Sequence record: LC592711.1
Direction: 5' to 3' (one strand)
DNA: 64,000 bases
The notes under the pieces were generated by a model, which did no database searches, was not told where the DNA came from, and saw only the letters and a program-made list of their open reading frames with translations. The number at the start of each line of letters is the position of its first letter. Within the stretch, counting starts at the first letter, position 1. Of the stretch, positions 26,954-36,300 are shown in pieces. The position numbers and the translations under genes are program-made.

Positions 26954-27487
26954 TTAATAACTCCGATTCGATAGGCGCTGAGCCGTTACCACGTTTTGTG
27001 GAAAGTCATTCAGTTCGTCGAAATGACTCTCATGTACGTCCACCCTGAAGGTGAAGTTATTGATCTTGGTGATCTCGGTGACAGCAGTAAGATCGCTTGT
27101 GTAATGAGGATCGTCCTCATGACCACGAGGCATCTGGTGAGGCGCGAAGTAATAGCCTGCACCTTGCAGTTCTGAAAACACTTCTTCACCGCAGAACAGA
27201 ATCAGATCCCTTAAGCGATCACGATCCAGATGGGAGAGATGGTATCGACCAATCCCAAACTGACTCATGATGCTGTACGACAGATCTTCGAGATTCTGCT
27301 CGCATGCAGCCATCGACCGCGGAAACATTGCACACGCGGTCATGACTTCTTCCATGAAAGCATAGAAAGTCAATGCTCTCAGAAAGCGTAGATACTCAGG
27401 CCACGGTTCACGGGCTGCTTTTTTAACTTCATTCTCGTACGCGTCGTAGGAGCGTTTGAGCCTTATAACAAAAGTGAGATGTGCCAT
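26954..27487 (-). CDS. Hypothetical protein
   Basis: 177-aa ORF. Confidence 0.65.
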   Translation of the reverse strand: MAHLTFVIRLKRSYDAYENEVKKAAREPWPEYLRFLRALTFYAFMEEVMTACAMFPRSMAACEQNLEDLSYSIMSQFGIGRYHLSHLDRDRLRDLILFCGEEVFSELQGAGYYFAPHQMPRGHEDDPHYTSDLTAVTEITKINNFTFRVDVHESHFDELNDFPQNVVTAQRLSNRSY

Positions 27488-27896
27488 TTCGCAGGGGATG
27501 TTTTACAACGATTGCAAAATTGGAACGAGAGACTGGAATGACCCTGACGGGCCGAGTTCCTCTCTCACGGATGTAATCGAAAAGATGAATGTCTTCAAAC
27601 ATCTCCACGATAGATTCGCAGATTGCGTAAAGAATACCGCAGATCTTCACATACGGTTCGTCTTGCGAGAAAACGTATTCCTGGATGATCCCCTTATCGT
27701 AGAGTTTACCGATCAGGTACTCAATCTCATTTATTTGTTGCCGTGCTTCTTTAGCATTTTCCATTCCTTCGGTCAGGAACTTAACTAACTCCTCCAACAG
27801 ATCGCGACGGTTAACGTCCTCGAACATCCCGGTCGTATCGAAACGACGTATATGGCGATCAATGTTGAAGATCACACCGAATCGATATTTCGCCAT
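27429..27896 (-). CDS. Hypothetical protein
   Basis: Start moved to MAKYRFG because the track start lies inside a terminator-containing leader. Confidence 0.62.
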   Translation of the reverse strand: MAKYRFGVIFNIDRHIRRFDTTGMFEDVNRRDLLEELVKFLTEGMENAKEARQQINEIEYLIGKLYDKGIIQEYVFSQDEPYVKICGILYAICESIVEMFEDIHLFDYIRERGTRPVRVIPVSRSNFAIVVKHPLRNGTSHFCYKAQTLLRRVRE

Positions 27897-27909
27897 GATT
27901 ACCCAATTA

Positions 27910-28066
27910 GAAAAAGATCCCCGTCCAGACCCGAATGGGTCTGGATCGGGGCGACACTTATGACACGACAGGATCAACGGCTAAATCGGATCGCTCACCA
28001 TGCCATTAGTCCCGAGAGAATAGCACCCGAGTCGAGGAGAAGACTCTGGAGATGGGCAGCTATTCA
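27910..28066 (-). ncRNA. Candidate ~155-nt structured small RNA or attenuator leader
   Basis: Early promoter at 28072, 5' hairpin 28018-28065 with UUCUCCUC loop, terminator hairpin 27919-27951 plus T-tract; only 3- and 6-codon AUG-initiated ORFs inside. Confidence 0.45.
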
Positions 28067-28071
28067 ATTAG

Positions 28072-28080
28072 GTAATATAT
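28072..28080 (-). promoter_or_regulatory. Putative early promoter core ATATATTAC
   Basis: GATTTCACCG-ATATATTAC-CT immediately after the thyA stop. Confidence 0.68.
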
Positions 28081-28092
28081 CGGTGAAATCAG

Positions 28093-29334
28093 TTACACCG
28101 CTGCCGGCTTGAAACGGATCGGCGGATGCGACTTGTAGTACACCGTCAGGCGAGTGGAGTCGAACTTCGTCACGTCTTCCAGCGTCGGGTCGACGATGAT
28201 GCGTGCCGGTGCCATCGGCGTGCGTTCGAGTTGCTTATTCACGCCTTCATGCTGGTCGTGGTAGATGTGGTAGTCGCCCATGAAGTGGGTGTATTCCCAC
28301 GGCACGAAACCCGTGACTTCAGCGAGCAGATGAGCAAGCAGCGAGTACATGCCGACGTTGAACACCGTACCGAGCGGCACATCCTGCGAACGCGCGAAGC
28401 ATGCGAGCGAAAGCTTGCGTGCAGTGAAACCACCGTCGAGGATCTTGTCGACTTCCAATTGACCTGCTTCGGTGAGTTCCAGTTCGCCGTCATTGCCCAG
28501 GTTGTACTGCATGGACTTGCCGACAAGCAGACCACGGTTAACCAGTTCGCTGTTGATGCGCGTCTTGTAGTACTGTTCCTGAGCTTCGTGGTTCAGGCCA
28601 CGCATGCCTTCGAAAACTTCCTTGAAGATTGCCACAGCGAAGTCTTCCTGATCCATCGAGTAGCGCAGGACTTCGAACGCGGACATCGGAGCCGTGTTGA
28701 CTTGCCACATCGAATGACACGGAGCGAGCGCCATGCGACCAGCGTCTGCGTTCTGTGCAGGCGTCATCTTGGTGTCGGGCAACAGACCTGCGTGCCATAC
28801 ATTCACGACCAGACGACGGCTGTCCGGGTTGTTCTTCAGTTCGTTGACGATGTTCATCAGCTGATCGACACCACCACGCCCGCCGCTTTCGAACGGCGTC
28901 ATCTTCTTGGCTGTTTCCTTCAGGAAGTATTCGCGGATTTCCGGCAGGTTCAGATCGAGCGTGCCGTAGTCGTTTGCGATCTTATCGAAGATCGCATTGA
29001 CATCGCCTTCGTCCAGACCGGTCGTCCAGTTGCGCCACTGTTCGCCGTACATCGGCCCGATCGTTCCGCTTTCCGGACCCATCCACGAGTTCCAGATCTT
29101 GTTATCGCGGTCTTGCAGCCAGTCGACCGAGATGATGCCCTTGAGCATCCATTCCAGTTCTTCGGCGATCTTCTTGTACGCCACTTCACGCGTGGTCGGA
29201 ATCGGCCAGATGCCGTGACGAAGCGAGAACTTCATCATGCCGCCGAACTTCGAAGTCGTACCCGTGCCGGTACGATCGGTCTTCACATCGCCCGTTTCCA
29301 GGATGTCTTTCAAAACGTCGAGATACTGTTTCAT
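28093..29334 (-). CDS. thyA: Thymidylate synthase with two large insertions
   Basis: DRTGTGT, GPMYGEQWR, DSRRLVV, ALAPCH catalytic Cys, RSQDVPLGTVFN, GDYHIY. Confidence 0.95.
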   Translation of the reverse strand: MKQYLDVLKDILETGDVKTDRTGTGTTSKFGGMMKFSLRHGIWPIPTTREVAYKKIAEELEWMLKGIISVDWLQDRDNKIWNSWMGPESGTIGPMYGEQWRNWTTGLDEGDVNAIFDKIANDYGTLDLNLPEIREYFLKETAKKMTPFESGGRGGVDQLMNIVNELKNNPDSRRLVVNVWHAGLLPDTKMTPAQNADAGRMALAPCHSMWQVNTAPMSAFEVLRYSMDQEDFAVAIFKEVFEGMRGLNHEAQEQYYKTRINSELVNRGLLVGKSMQYNLGNDGELELTEAGQLEVDKILDGGFTARKLSLACFARSQDVPLGTVFNVGMYSLLAHLLAEVTGFVPWEYTHFMGDYHIYHDQHEGVNKQLERTPMAPARIIVDPTLEDVTKFDSTRLTVYYKSHPPIRFKPAAV

Positions 29335-29368
29335 TTATTTTTCACCAAAAAAAAATACTGCTGTTAAG

Positions 29369-29749
29369 TTACAGACGAATTTCCATGACCGACAATCGAG
29401 TGCCGGGCTTAATGATTACTCTCTCGGGAAGAGGAATGCAACTGATCTGTTCCAGATACTTTTTAAAGTAATACATCGTCTCTTCAACTCGCAGCAGATA
29501 GGACATTACGTCTGCTGGGAGCCTGCCGAGTCTTTCTCTGATGTCGATTTCAACATCGTCCAGGAACTCACACAGGACGTAATCAAAATCGTCGCCATCT
29601 CGAACCATTTGCCCTTGTAGTCTTTCGACCAATTCCTCACAGAGTTCGAGATAATCGTATTCTATAAAAATCGGCTGTTCTTCTCTTAACAGCCGACTGA
29701 TGCGTCTTTTCTCGTAAGTATCACCGACGAGGTAGCGGGTTTCTCGCAT
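29369..29749 (-). CDS. Acidic hypothetical protein
   Basis: 126-aa ORF. Confidence 0.6.
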   Translation of the reverse strand: MRETRYLVGDTYEKRRISRLLREEQPIFIEYDYLELCEELVERLQGQMVRDGDDFDYVLCEFLDDVEIDIRERLGRLPADVMSYLLRVEETMYYFKKYLEQISCIPLPERVIIKPGTRLSVMEIRL

Positions 29750-30099
29750 TTGCGTATCAATCCGAAAAGCGACAACGGACTAACGTTGTGGATCTCGAAG
29801 TCTCCTAATGAATCTAGAAGTTCGAACTGTTGCAACTGTCTAACCATTTGCTTAGCCAACTTCGCAAGCTTCCGTAGAATCTTGTTGGCCTTTTCAAAAG
29901 TATTTCCTTGAGCATAAAGATAGCGACGGGTGCCTTCCAGGTAGTATCTTAAACTTTTGGAAGACTTCTTCACGCCGAATACTCGGCTCACCCGAAGGTG
30001 TTCGTAAAATCCTTCCAGAAGTTTAAAATATCGCCGCTTAAAGCGAACGAGCTTTGGAACAGGCTTTTTAAAGCCAAAAAGAAGAATGTCTGTTTTCAT
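29686..30099 (-). CDS. Basic hypothetical protein
   Basis: Open frame in AT-rich DNA just downstream of promoter at 30141; no clear RBS; overlaps next gene. Confidence 0.4.
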   Translation of the reverse strand: MKTDILLFGFKKPVPKLVRFKRRYFKLLEGFYEHLRVSRVFGVKKSSKSLRYYLEGTRRYLYAQGNTFEKANKILRKLAKLAKQMVRQLQQFELLDSLGDFEIHNVSPLSLFGLIRKCEKPATSSVILTRKDASVGC

Positions 30100-30140
30100 G
30101 CCAATGAAAGGTTGATATGAAATCAACTTACAACAAAGTT

Positions 30141-30149
30141 GTAATATAT
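30141..30149 (-). promoter_or_regulatory. Putative early promoter core ATATATTAC
   Basis: TTTGATCAGCC-ATATATTAC. Confidence 0.65.
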
Positions 30150-30185
30150 GGCTGATCAAAACTGGAATAAAATGGACATAAAGGA

Positions 30186-30212
30186 TACCAGGAGGCACGA
30201 AGCCTCCTGGTA
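30186..30212 (-). terminator. Stem-loop terminator
   Basis: TACCAGGAGGC-acgaa-GCCTCCTGGTA. Confidence 0.68.
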
Positions 30213-30237
30213 CTCTCACTCAGTCCTGACTAGCAGG

Positions 30238-30327
30238 TTACTTCACGAACAACCACGGAAAGCACATTTCCCAACATGCTTGTACCATGATGCCGTAGGC
30301 AAGGCCTATCTGTGCCGGAAGCCACAT
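30238..30327 (-). CDS. 29-aa hydrophobic peptide
   Basis: My translation MWLPAQIGLAYGIMVQACWEMCFPWLFVK; ATG 1 nt after upstream stop, GAGGTG RBS. Confidence 0.45.
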   Translation of the reverse strand: MWLPAQIGLAYGIMVQACWEMCFPWLFVK

Positions 30328-30328
30328 G

Positions 30329-30652
30329 TTACACCTCTCGTTCGTTGATCTGCTTGTGTTGCAGACCGAGCAGTTCGCGAGCAACATCCTTGGGAATGCC
30401 GACAACACGAACTGCGAACCAGTAAGCGTGGGGCATCGGTTTCATGCTGATGGGACCCATGCTCTCGACGTACGCGTCGTACTTGGACTTCATGATGCCT
30501 GAGTTCAGGAAGTCCTTCAGCTTCTGGCGATTGGCCGGATCTTCGCTGTTGATCAGGAAGCTCATCCCCGTGATGTACGCCGATTTCTCGATGTCCGTCA
30601 ACAGGTCAAAAGCTTCCGGCGTCAGCGCTGCATCGGTGACGATCACTGCCAT
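30329..30652 (-). CDS. Hypothetical protein
   Basis: 107-aa ORF, strong codon bias, coupled to upstream gene. Confidence 0.68.
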   Translation of the reverse strand: MAVIVTDAALTPEAFDLLTDIEKSAYITGMSFLINSEDPANRQKLKDFLNSGIMKSKYDAYVESMGPISMKPMPHAYWFAVRVVGIPKDVARELLGLQHKQINEREV

Positions 30653-30655
30653 GAC

Positions 30656-31951
30656 TTACGCCTTTTCGAGCGCGTTGAATTCGCCGGTGATCTTGGCGAA
30701 CTGGTCGTTGGTCAGCTGGAAGATGACGCGAGCGATGTACAGTGCGTGCGAGATCTTTTCGCCGGGTTCGAGCGTTTCGTTCAGGCGTTGGTATTCGCCT
30801 TCCAGAATGCCCGAGTTCAGCACGTCACGCACCAGCGGCCACTTGCTTTCATCGCTGCACTGCTTCTCGATGACGGCCAAGTACACACCCTTCTCTTCCA
30901 TCGACAGATCGTCGAACTCTGCCTTGGTCAGGAGGTATTCACCCAACACGCCGCGCTGCGAGGCGTACGAGACCACGGCACCCGTTTCTTCACGCGGTAC
31001 TGCGATCGTGTCGCCTGCGAAGTCGTCAGCGACCTTCTCGACCGTAGCTTCCGGAGTCGGATCGTTCTCGTCCAGCTGAACGTTCACTTGCGTGCGTTCG
31101 ACGGGTTCCATGCCTTCTTGCAGACGGGCGACTTCGTCAGCCAGCGTGCGCGGCGGTTCTTCGATTTCCGAAGCCGGGTTCTGCGGAGCAGGCTGTTCCT
31201 TCTTGGCCTTTTCCTTCTTCTTGCCCGCGCCGTTCTGCTGACCGTTGTTGAACTTCTCGCCGAGAGCTTGCAGGCCCGCGCCGACATAGTTCTTGAACTG
31301 ACCATCGCTGAACGTCAGCTTCGGGTTGAACGCGAGTGCCGGCAGGTTCTGCTTGATCTTCGACAGGATTTCCGCTTGCAGGCGGTCCGGACCGATGAAG
31401 TCCGCGAGATCGACGACGGGCGAGACGATCGTGAATTCGAAAGCTTGATCAGCGTCGCTGCCTTCCTTCAGCCAGAGCTTGCCCTTGATGCCGTCGACCT
31501 TCGGGCCGTTTTGCACGCCGCGGATGGCGTTGAACCACACGAGGTTGCCCAGCGGAACCTGGATGGTTTCGACGAGCGGCTTGTTGCGACCGTGCGAGAC
31601 CGACGAGTAGTCGACGCGGTTCGTGTTCAGTTGCAGCAGGTTGCGAAAGAGCGTGGTCAGCTGGCTTTCCGACGGCAGGGACGGCGCTTCGGTCAGACCG
31701 TAGTGGTTCTTGAACGAGTCGCTGTTGACGAGTGCCGACAAAGCGTTCGCGAGCTTCGTGACGAGGTCCTTCACGTTCTTGCGATGCTTCTTCAGTTCCG
31801 CCAGGTTGCGGTGCAGGCGCCAGTAAGCGACTTCGCCGTTGGGCAGCTTGACAGCACCCGAGGGCAGGTCGGCCGACAGCGTGTTGAAGATCTTCGGCAG
31901 CGGCAGGAACTGGATGGTCTGGCCTTCGACGGTGCGTTGGAGTTTGCTCAT
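30656..31951 (-). CDS. Hypothetical protein, probably highly expressed
   Basis: 431 aa, capsid-like codon bias, charged linker; long 5' leader. Confidence 0.75.
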   Translation of the reverse strand: MSKLQRTVEGQTIQFLPLPKIFNTLSADLPSGAVKLPNGEVAYWRLHRNLAELKKHRKNVKDLVTKLANALSALVNSDSFKNHYGLTEAPSLPSESQLTTLFRNLLQLNTNRVDYSSVSHGRNKPLVETIQVPLGNLVWFNAIRGVQNGPKVDGIKGKLWLKEGSDADQAFEFTIVSPVVDLADFIGPDRLQAEILSKIKQNLPALAFNPKLTFSDGQFKNYVGAGLQALGEKFNNGQQNGAGKKKEKAKKEQPAPQNPASEIEEPPRTLADEVARLQEGMEPVERTQVNVQLDENDPTPEATVEKVADDFAGDTIAVPREETGAVVSYASQRGVLGEYLLTKAEFDDLSMEEKGVYLAVIEKQCSDESKWPLVRDVLNSGILEGEYQRLNETLEPGEKISHALYIARVIFQLTNDQFAKITGEFNALEKA

Positions 31952-32147
31952 GATGTACTCTTGAGTGAGATTTTTGAAAGTCCCGAATATCGGGCACGGT
32001 AAATGACTGGATACGCTCAGTCAGCTTTTCCAGCGAATGGATCGGTTTTAAGTCAGCACGTGAAACAGATGCGTATCATGCCAAATCATAACGACATCTC
32101 AATAGAAAATAACTTTAGACAAGAGGCCGAAGCCCCCTGTCTTTTTG

Positions 32148-32561
32148 TTATAGTGAATGGTACAGATGCACGGCCCAGTACATGATCTTGCGCTTCCACC
32201 ACGAGGTACCCAGTACCTTCATGGCTTTCTCGAAAATCAGATCGACTTCGTCTTGCGAAATCTTCAGAACCGGATTATCCCCGTTCCTCGTCAGTGCGAG
32301 AGTCGTGCACAGGTAATCGTGCGTAACTGCTGCCTGACCGTACACGCCCCAGGGAGGAAAGATTCCCCACAGAAGACGCGGAACAGTTGCGCCATCCGTG
32401 ATGAACCCTTTCGGGACGGTAACGTATTTTTGGTCTGTGACCTCTCCGATGAAAAACGTAAACGTATCATCGGTATGCCAGAGGTCTTTGTCTTTTGCTT
32501 TCGACTGTGCTTCGTCGTAAATGATGCCGACGTCGTTGTCGAATGAACCCACGATTGCCAT
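32148..32561 (-). CDS. DUF1353-family protein
   Basis: VTVPKGFITDGATVPRLLW...AAVTHDYL...DLIF...MKVLG..WKRKIMYWAV. Confidence 0.8.
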   Translation of the reverse strand: MAIVGSFDNDVGIIYDEAQSKAKDKDLWHTDDTFTFFIGEVTDQKYVTVPKGFITDGATVPRLLWGIFPPWGVYGQAAVTHDYLCTTLALTRNGDNPVLKISQDEVDLIFEKAMKVLGTSWWKRKIMYWAVHLYHSL

Positions 32562-32597
32562 ACTCTCTCACTTGGCTGTTAAACCAAATGATCATAA

Positions 32598-32625
32598 ACT
32601 AGAGAGGGCTTTCGCCCTCTCTAGT
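32598..32625 (-). terminator. 12-bp stem-loop, GAAA loop
   Basis: ACTAGAGAGGGC-tttc-GCCCTCTCTAGT. Confidence 0.7.
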
Positions 32626-32642
32626 CTACGTTTCGTTATGAA

Positions 32643-33311
32643 TTACGACGGAAGCGTGATCTCATTCGGAACTGCCGGGAGGTCTGCTGCCGTAACAGCT
32701 TTCGTCACAGCGTCCTTCAGTGCCCAGCCCGCGCCCAAGAAGCCAAGATACGCTTCGTAGGCTGCATCCGACAAGTCCACGATCTGTGCCGGAGTACACA
32801 TGTGGGTCACGTTCTCCCAGTCACGGAAAGGCATCACCGGATCGGTAACACCCTGAGTGACCAGCTTGTCCGCGCGAATGCGGGCGCTGGCGATATTACC
32901 GCGATCACCATCCCGCAACTGCACATGGCCAGCCACATCGGAGAACGCGAACGAGAAGCCCTTTTCCAGAGCAGCCGTCAGTTTGTTGGTGATGTCCGTC
33001 ATCATGGCCGCCTTCGTGACATCCAGCTGCGATGCCACTTCGTCGGCTGTGAACGTGCGAACATTCCAGACTTGAGACCACACGCCGTTTGCGAAGACAG
33101 GATCGCCTTCGGTCACGACGTCTCCCGTCGGTTGAGCTACTTCCTGAACGATGAAGTAACCCAGACCGTTGAGGTATTCCTCTTCGGTTTCGTCCGGGAA
33201 CGAGATGTTGGGGTTGTCCTGCCGCACTTGACCCATGTACACGGGATAGGTGTTGGCTTGACCTTCCGCACCGATCTTGATCAGGCGGATAGACGCGTTG
33301 ATGGTCGTCAT
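32643..33311 (-). CDS. Tail fibre assembly/chaperone-like protein (DUF4376-like C-terminus)
   Basis: Directly after tail fibre; QLRDGDRGNI...FRDWENVTH...LKDAV..A pattern. Confidence 0.65.
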   Translation of the reverse strand: MTTINASIRLIKIGAEGQANTYPVYMGQVRQDNPNISFPDETEEEYLNGLGYFIVQEVAQPTGDVVTEGDPVFANGVWSQVWNVRTFTADEVASQLDVTKAAMMTDITNKLTAALEKGFSFAFSDVAGHVQLRDGDRGNIASARIRADKLVTQGVTDPVMPFRDWENVTHMCTPAQIVDLSDAAYEAYLGFLGAGWALKDAVTKAVTAADLPAVPNEITLPS

Positions 33312-33326
33312 GTTTGTTAGCTCCTA

Positions 33327-36300
33327 TTAGTTCGGAACCGAGCCGACCCATTCCGTACCGTCCCAGTTCAGGACAACGGTGGTCGTGCTGTTGGTCAGCG
33401 GAGGCGCCGAGCCGTCGAACCAACGGATGGTGTTGGTCCAGGTCATGGCGTTCGTCTTGCCGTAGATCTTCACGATCACGGTCGTCGTGCGGTCCGCTGC
33501 CGGGAGGTTCGTCATCGTGATCGCAGCAGCAGCCGTATTCTGGATACGGAAGGTACGCGCGACGTTCAAGTCAAGCGTAACCGCACCAGCGGAGATCGCG
33601 GCGTCGACAGCCTTCAGAGTGTAGGTATCCAGACGAGTCCAGGCACCGCTCTTCATGATGTACGTGCCCGTATCTGCCGGGATCGTATCGATCAGGGTAT
33701 CTTGCACCCACAGACCGTTGGACAGCACGTAATGCTTGCCCGTATTGTCCGTCGGCAGGGCGTTCACGACAGAAGGCAGGTCTACCCAGCCCGAATCGTT
33801 GTACGCACGGTATTTACCCGTGGCCGCAGGAGCATTGAGGTTACCCCCACCGATGTGACCCAGCGATGCCCAGGTGGACGTCGAGGTCTTACGGAAGAAC
33901 TCTTGCGTGTTGCTGTTGAAGAAGTAGTCGCCGACGTTACCGTCTTGCGCTTGCGGATCGCGCGTGAGCACAATCCAGAGCGTACCCTGCGGACCAGTCG
34001 GACCTGCAGGACCCGTGAGACCTTGCAGACCACGCAGACCCTGAATACCCTGCGGACCCTGAGCACCAACCACGTGACCGAGGTTGAACCACTGCGAAGT
34101 GGTCGACAACCAGATCCAGCAGTTGTAAGTGCCAGGCGAGGATGAATCCGGAATCGCATAGCCCGTACCAGCGGTACCCGTTCCCGGGAGTTGGCTGGAA
34201 TCGCTCAACTGACCGATGATCGAGATCGCCGGACCAGTCTGACCTTGCGGACCAGTTGCACCATCAGCACCTGCAGGACCTCGCGGACCCGTGGTCAGGG
34301 TGATGTAGTCGTTGATGGTTGCGCCAGGAGCGAGCTTTCCGGCTGCGATGGCGTCTTGGACCGCAGAAGCGCCGGTAGGACCGACGAGCGAGGCGAGCCA
34401 CTGGGCTTGCGTACCCACAAATCCGCCAGCGACGGCTGCTTGGTAGGCGCTTTGGCCTGTTGCGCCAGTTGCGCCAGTGTCACCTTTAACACCTTGGATA
34501 CCTTGGGGACCTTGAGCAACCGGACCTGCATCGACCCAGGTGGTGCCATTGTTGATGAAAATGTGACCACCAGCCGTTGCCACTTGCGAAAGCGTACCTG
34601 CCGGAATAGCACCCGAGTTTGCGAAATCGCCGATGTAAGCCAGGCTCACACCCTGAGCGCCCGTGTCACCCTTGGCACCCTTCAGAGAAGCGAGCCATGC
34701 ATTGATGTCGCCGACAAAGCCGGCGGCAACAGCTGCCTGATACGCACTCTGACCGGTTGCGCCAGTTGCACCCGTCGTACCTTGTGCGCCGGTATCGCCT
34801 TTGGCACCAACCAGCGACGCAAGCCATTGAGCCTGAGTGCCAGCGAAACCTTGAGCAACCGCGACCTGGTAAGCCGAGTCACCTTGCAGACCCTTGAGCG
34901 AAGCCAACCACTGAGCCTGGGTACCAGCAAAGCCGCCAGCGACAGCAACGTCGTAAGCGGATTTACCATCGGCACCCGTCGGGCCTTGCAGGCCTTGCGG
35001 ACCCTGCACGCCGATTTGACCGTTGTCCTTCCAGCCGTTGGTCGCGTCCCACAGGTAAATGTGGTTGGTATCTGCCGTGGTAGCAGCAGCACCCGTATGC
35101 GTACCCGTCGGAAGAGCAGCAGCGTTTGCAAACTGACCGATGTACGTGAAACTCACGCCATCTGCGCCCTTAAGCGAAGCCAGCCATTCCGTCACGGTGC
35201 CTGCGAAACCAGCAGCTTGCGCTTGCTGATAAGCCGACAGACCGTTGGTACCATTCGTACCGTTGGCACCACGCCACTGACCCATGTTGACGAACTGAGC
35301 GCTCGTCGAGTTGTAGACGTAGATGAAACCACCGATTTCGTAAGCATCGCCATTGGCGTTGCCAGAAGTCGGGAGAGCCGCAGTGTTTGCGAGCGAGCCC
35401 TTTGCGTTCACAGGTTGACCGACCGGACCTTGAGCACCAGTAGCGCCGGCAGGACCAGTCAGGTTGCCCATATCCACCCAGGCAGCACCATCCCACGAAT
35501 ACAGATGGCCTTGGACGCCGTAGGAGTCACCCACGCTGTTACCAGACGAAGGCAGAGCACCCACGTTTGCCACAGTACCCTTCGGTTTCATCGGGTTACC
35601 GGCAGGACCTTGACCGCCTTGAGGACCCGTTGCACCCGTATCGCCCTTCGGACCGACGTTGCGGCCGAGGTTAACGAATGCCGAGTTGATCCAGACCCAG
35701 AAGTCGTAGCCGTTCGTGTTGTCGCCAACCAGATAACCGTGGTTGTTGGTGCCCGTTGCCGGCAGATCGCCAGTCGTTGCTACCGTGCCATCTGCCACGA
35801 AGGAGATCGCCGTATCACCCTTGGCGCCTTGCGGACCAGTGATGTAGGTAACGAACTTCGCGATCGTGTCGATTTCCGGATGTTGGCCGCGAACCACGTC
35901 CCATGCCGATTGACCTTGCGGGCCAGTCGGACCAACAGGACCGGTGTCGCCTTTCAGACCTTGTTGGCCTTGCAGCTGCCAGGTCGTACCCTGCCACACA
36001 TACATGACCGTGCCAATCAGCCAGGCGTCGCCGTTGCGTTGACCGGAAACAGGCAGGTAGTCAGGCGAAGGAAGCGAGCCGAGCACCGTGATACCCGAGC
36101 CGTCCTTACCAGGCGTGCCCTGGAAGTCACCCATGTCGGTCCATTCACCGTTCAGGTTCATCCAGACATGGGTGCCGACGAAGAAGTAGTCAGCTTGCAG
36201 GAATCCCGAAGGATCCGGCAAATCAGCAGACGTATTCACCGAACCGACGAGATGACCGAGTACCGAGCTTTGGCCTGCGGGTCCTACAGCACCCGTATCG

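Noticed and set aside
27897-27977. Track N-terminal extension MILSCHKCRPDPDPF of the 27429 gene
   Set aside because: Non-ATG start reading through a terminator hairpin; ATG 27896 is more plausible
28093-29334. Intein or group I intron in thyA
   Set aside because: Frame is continuous and the insertions lack Cys/Ser start, His-Asn end or endonuclease motifs
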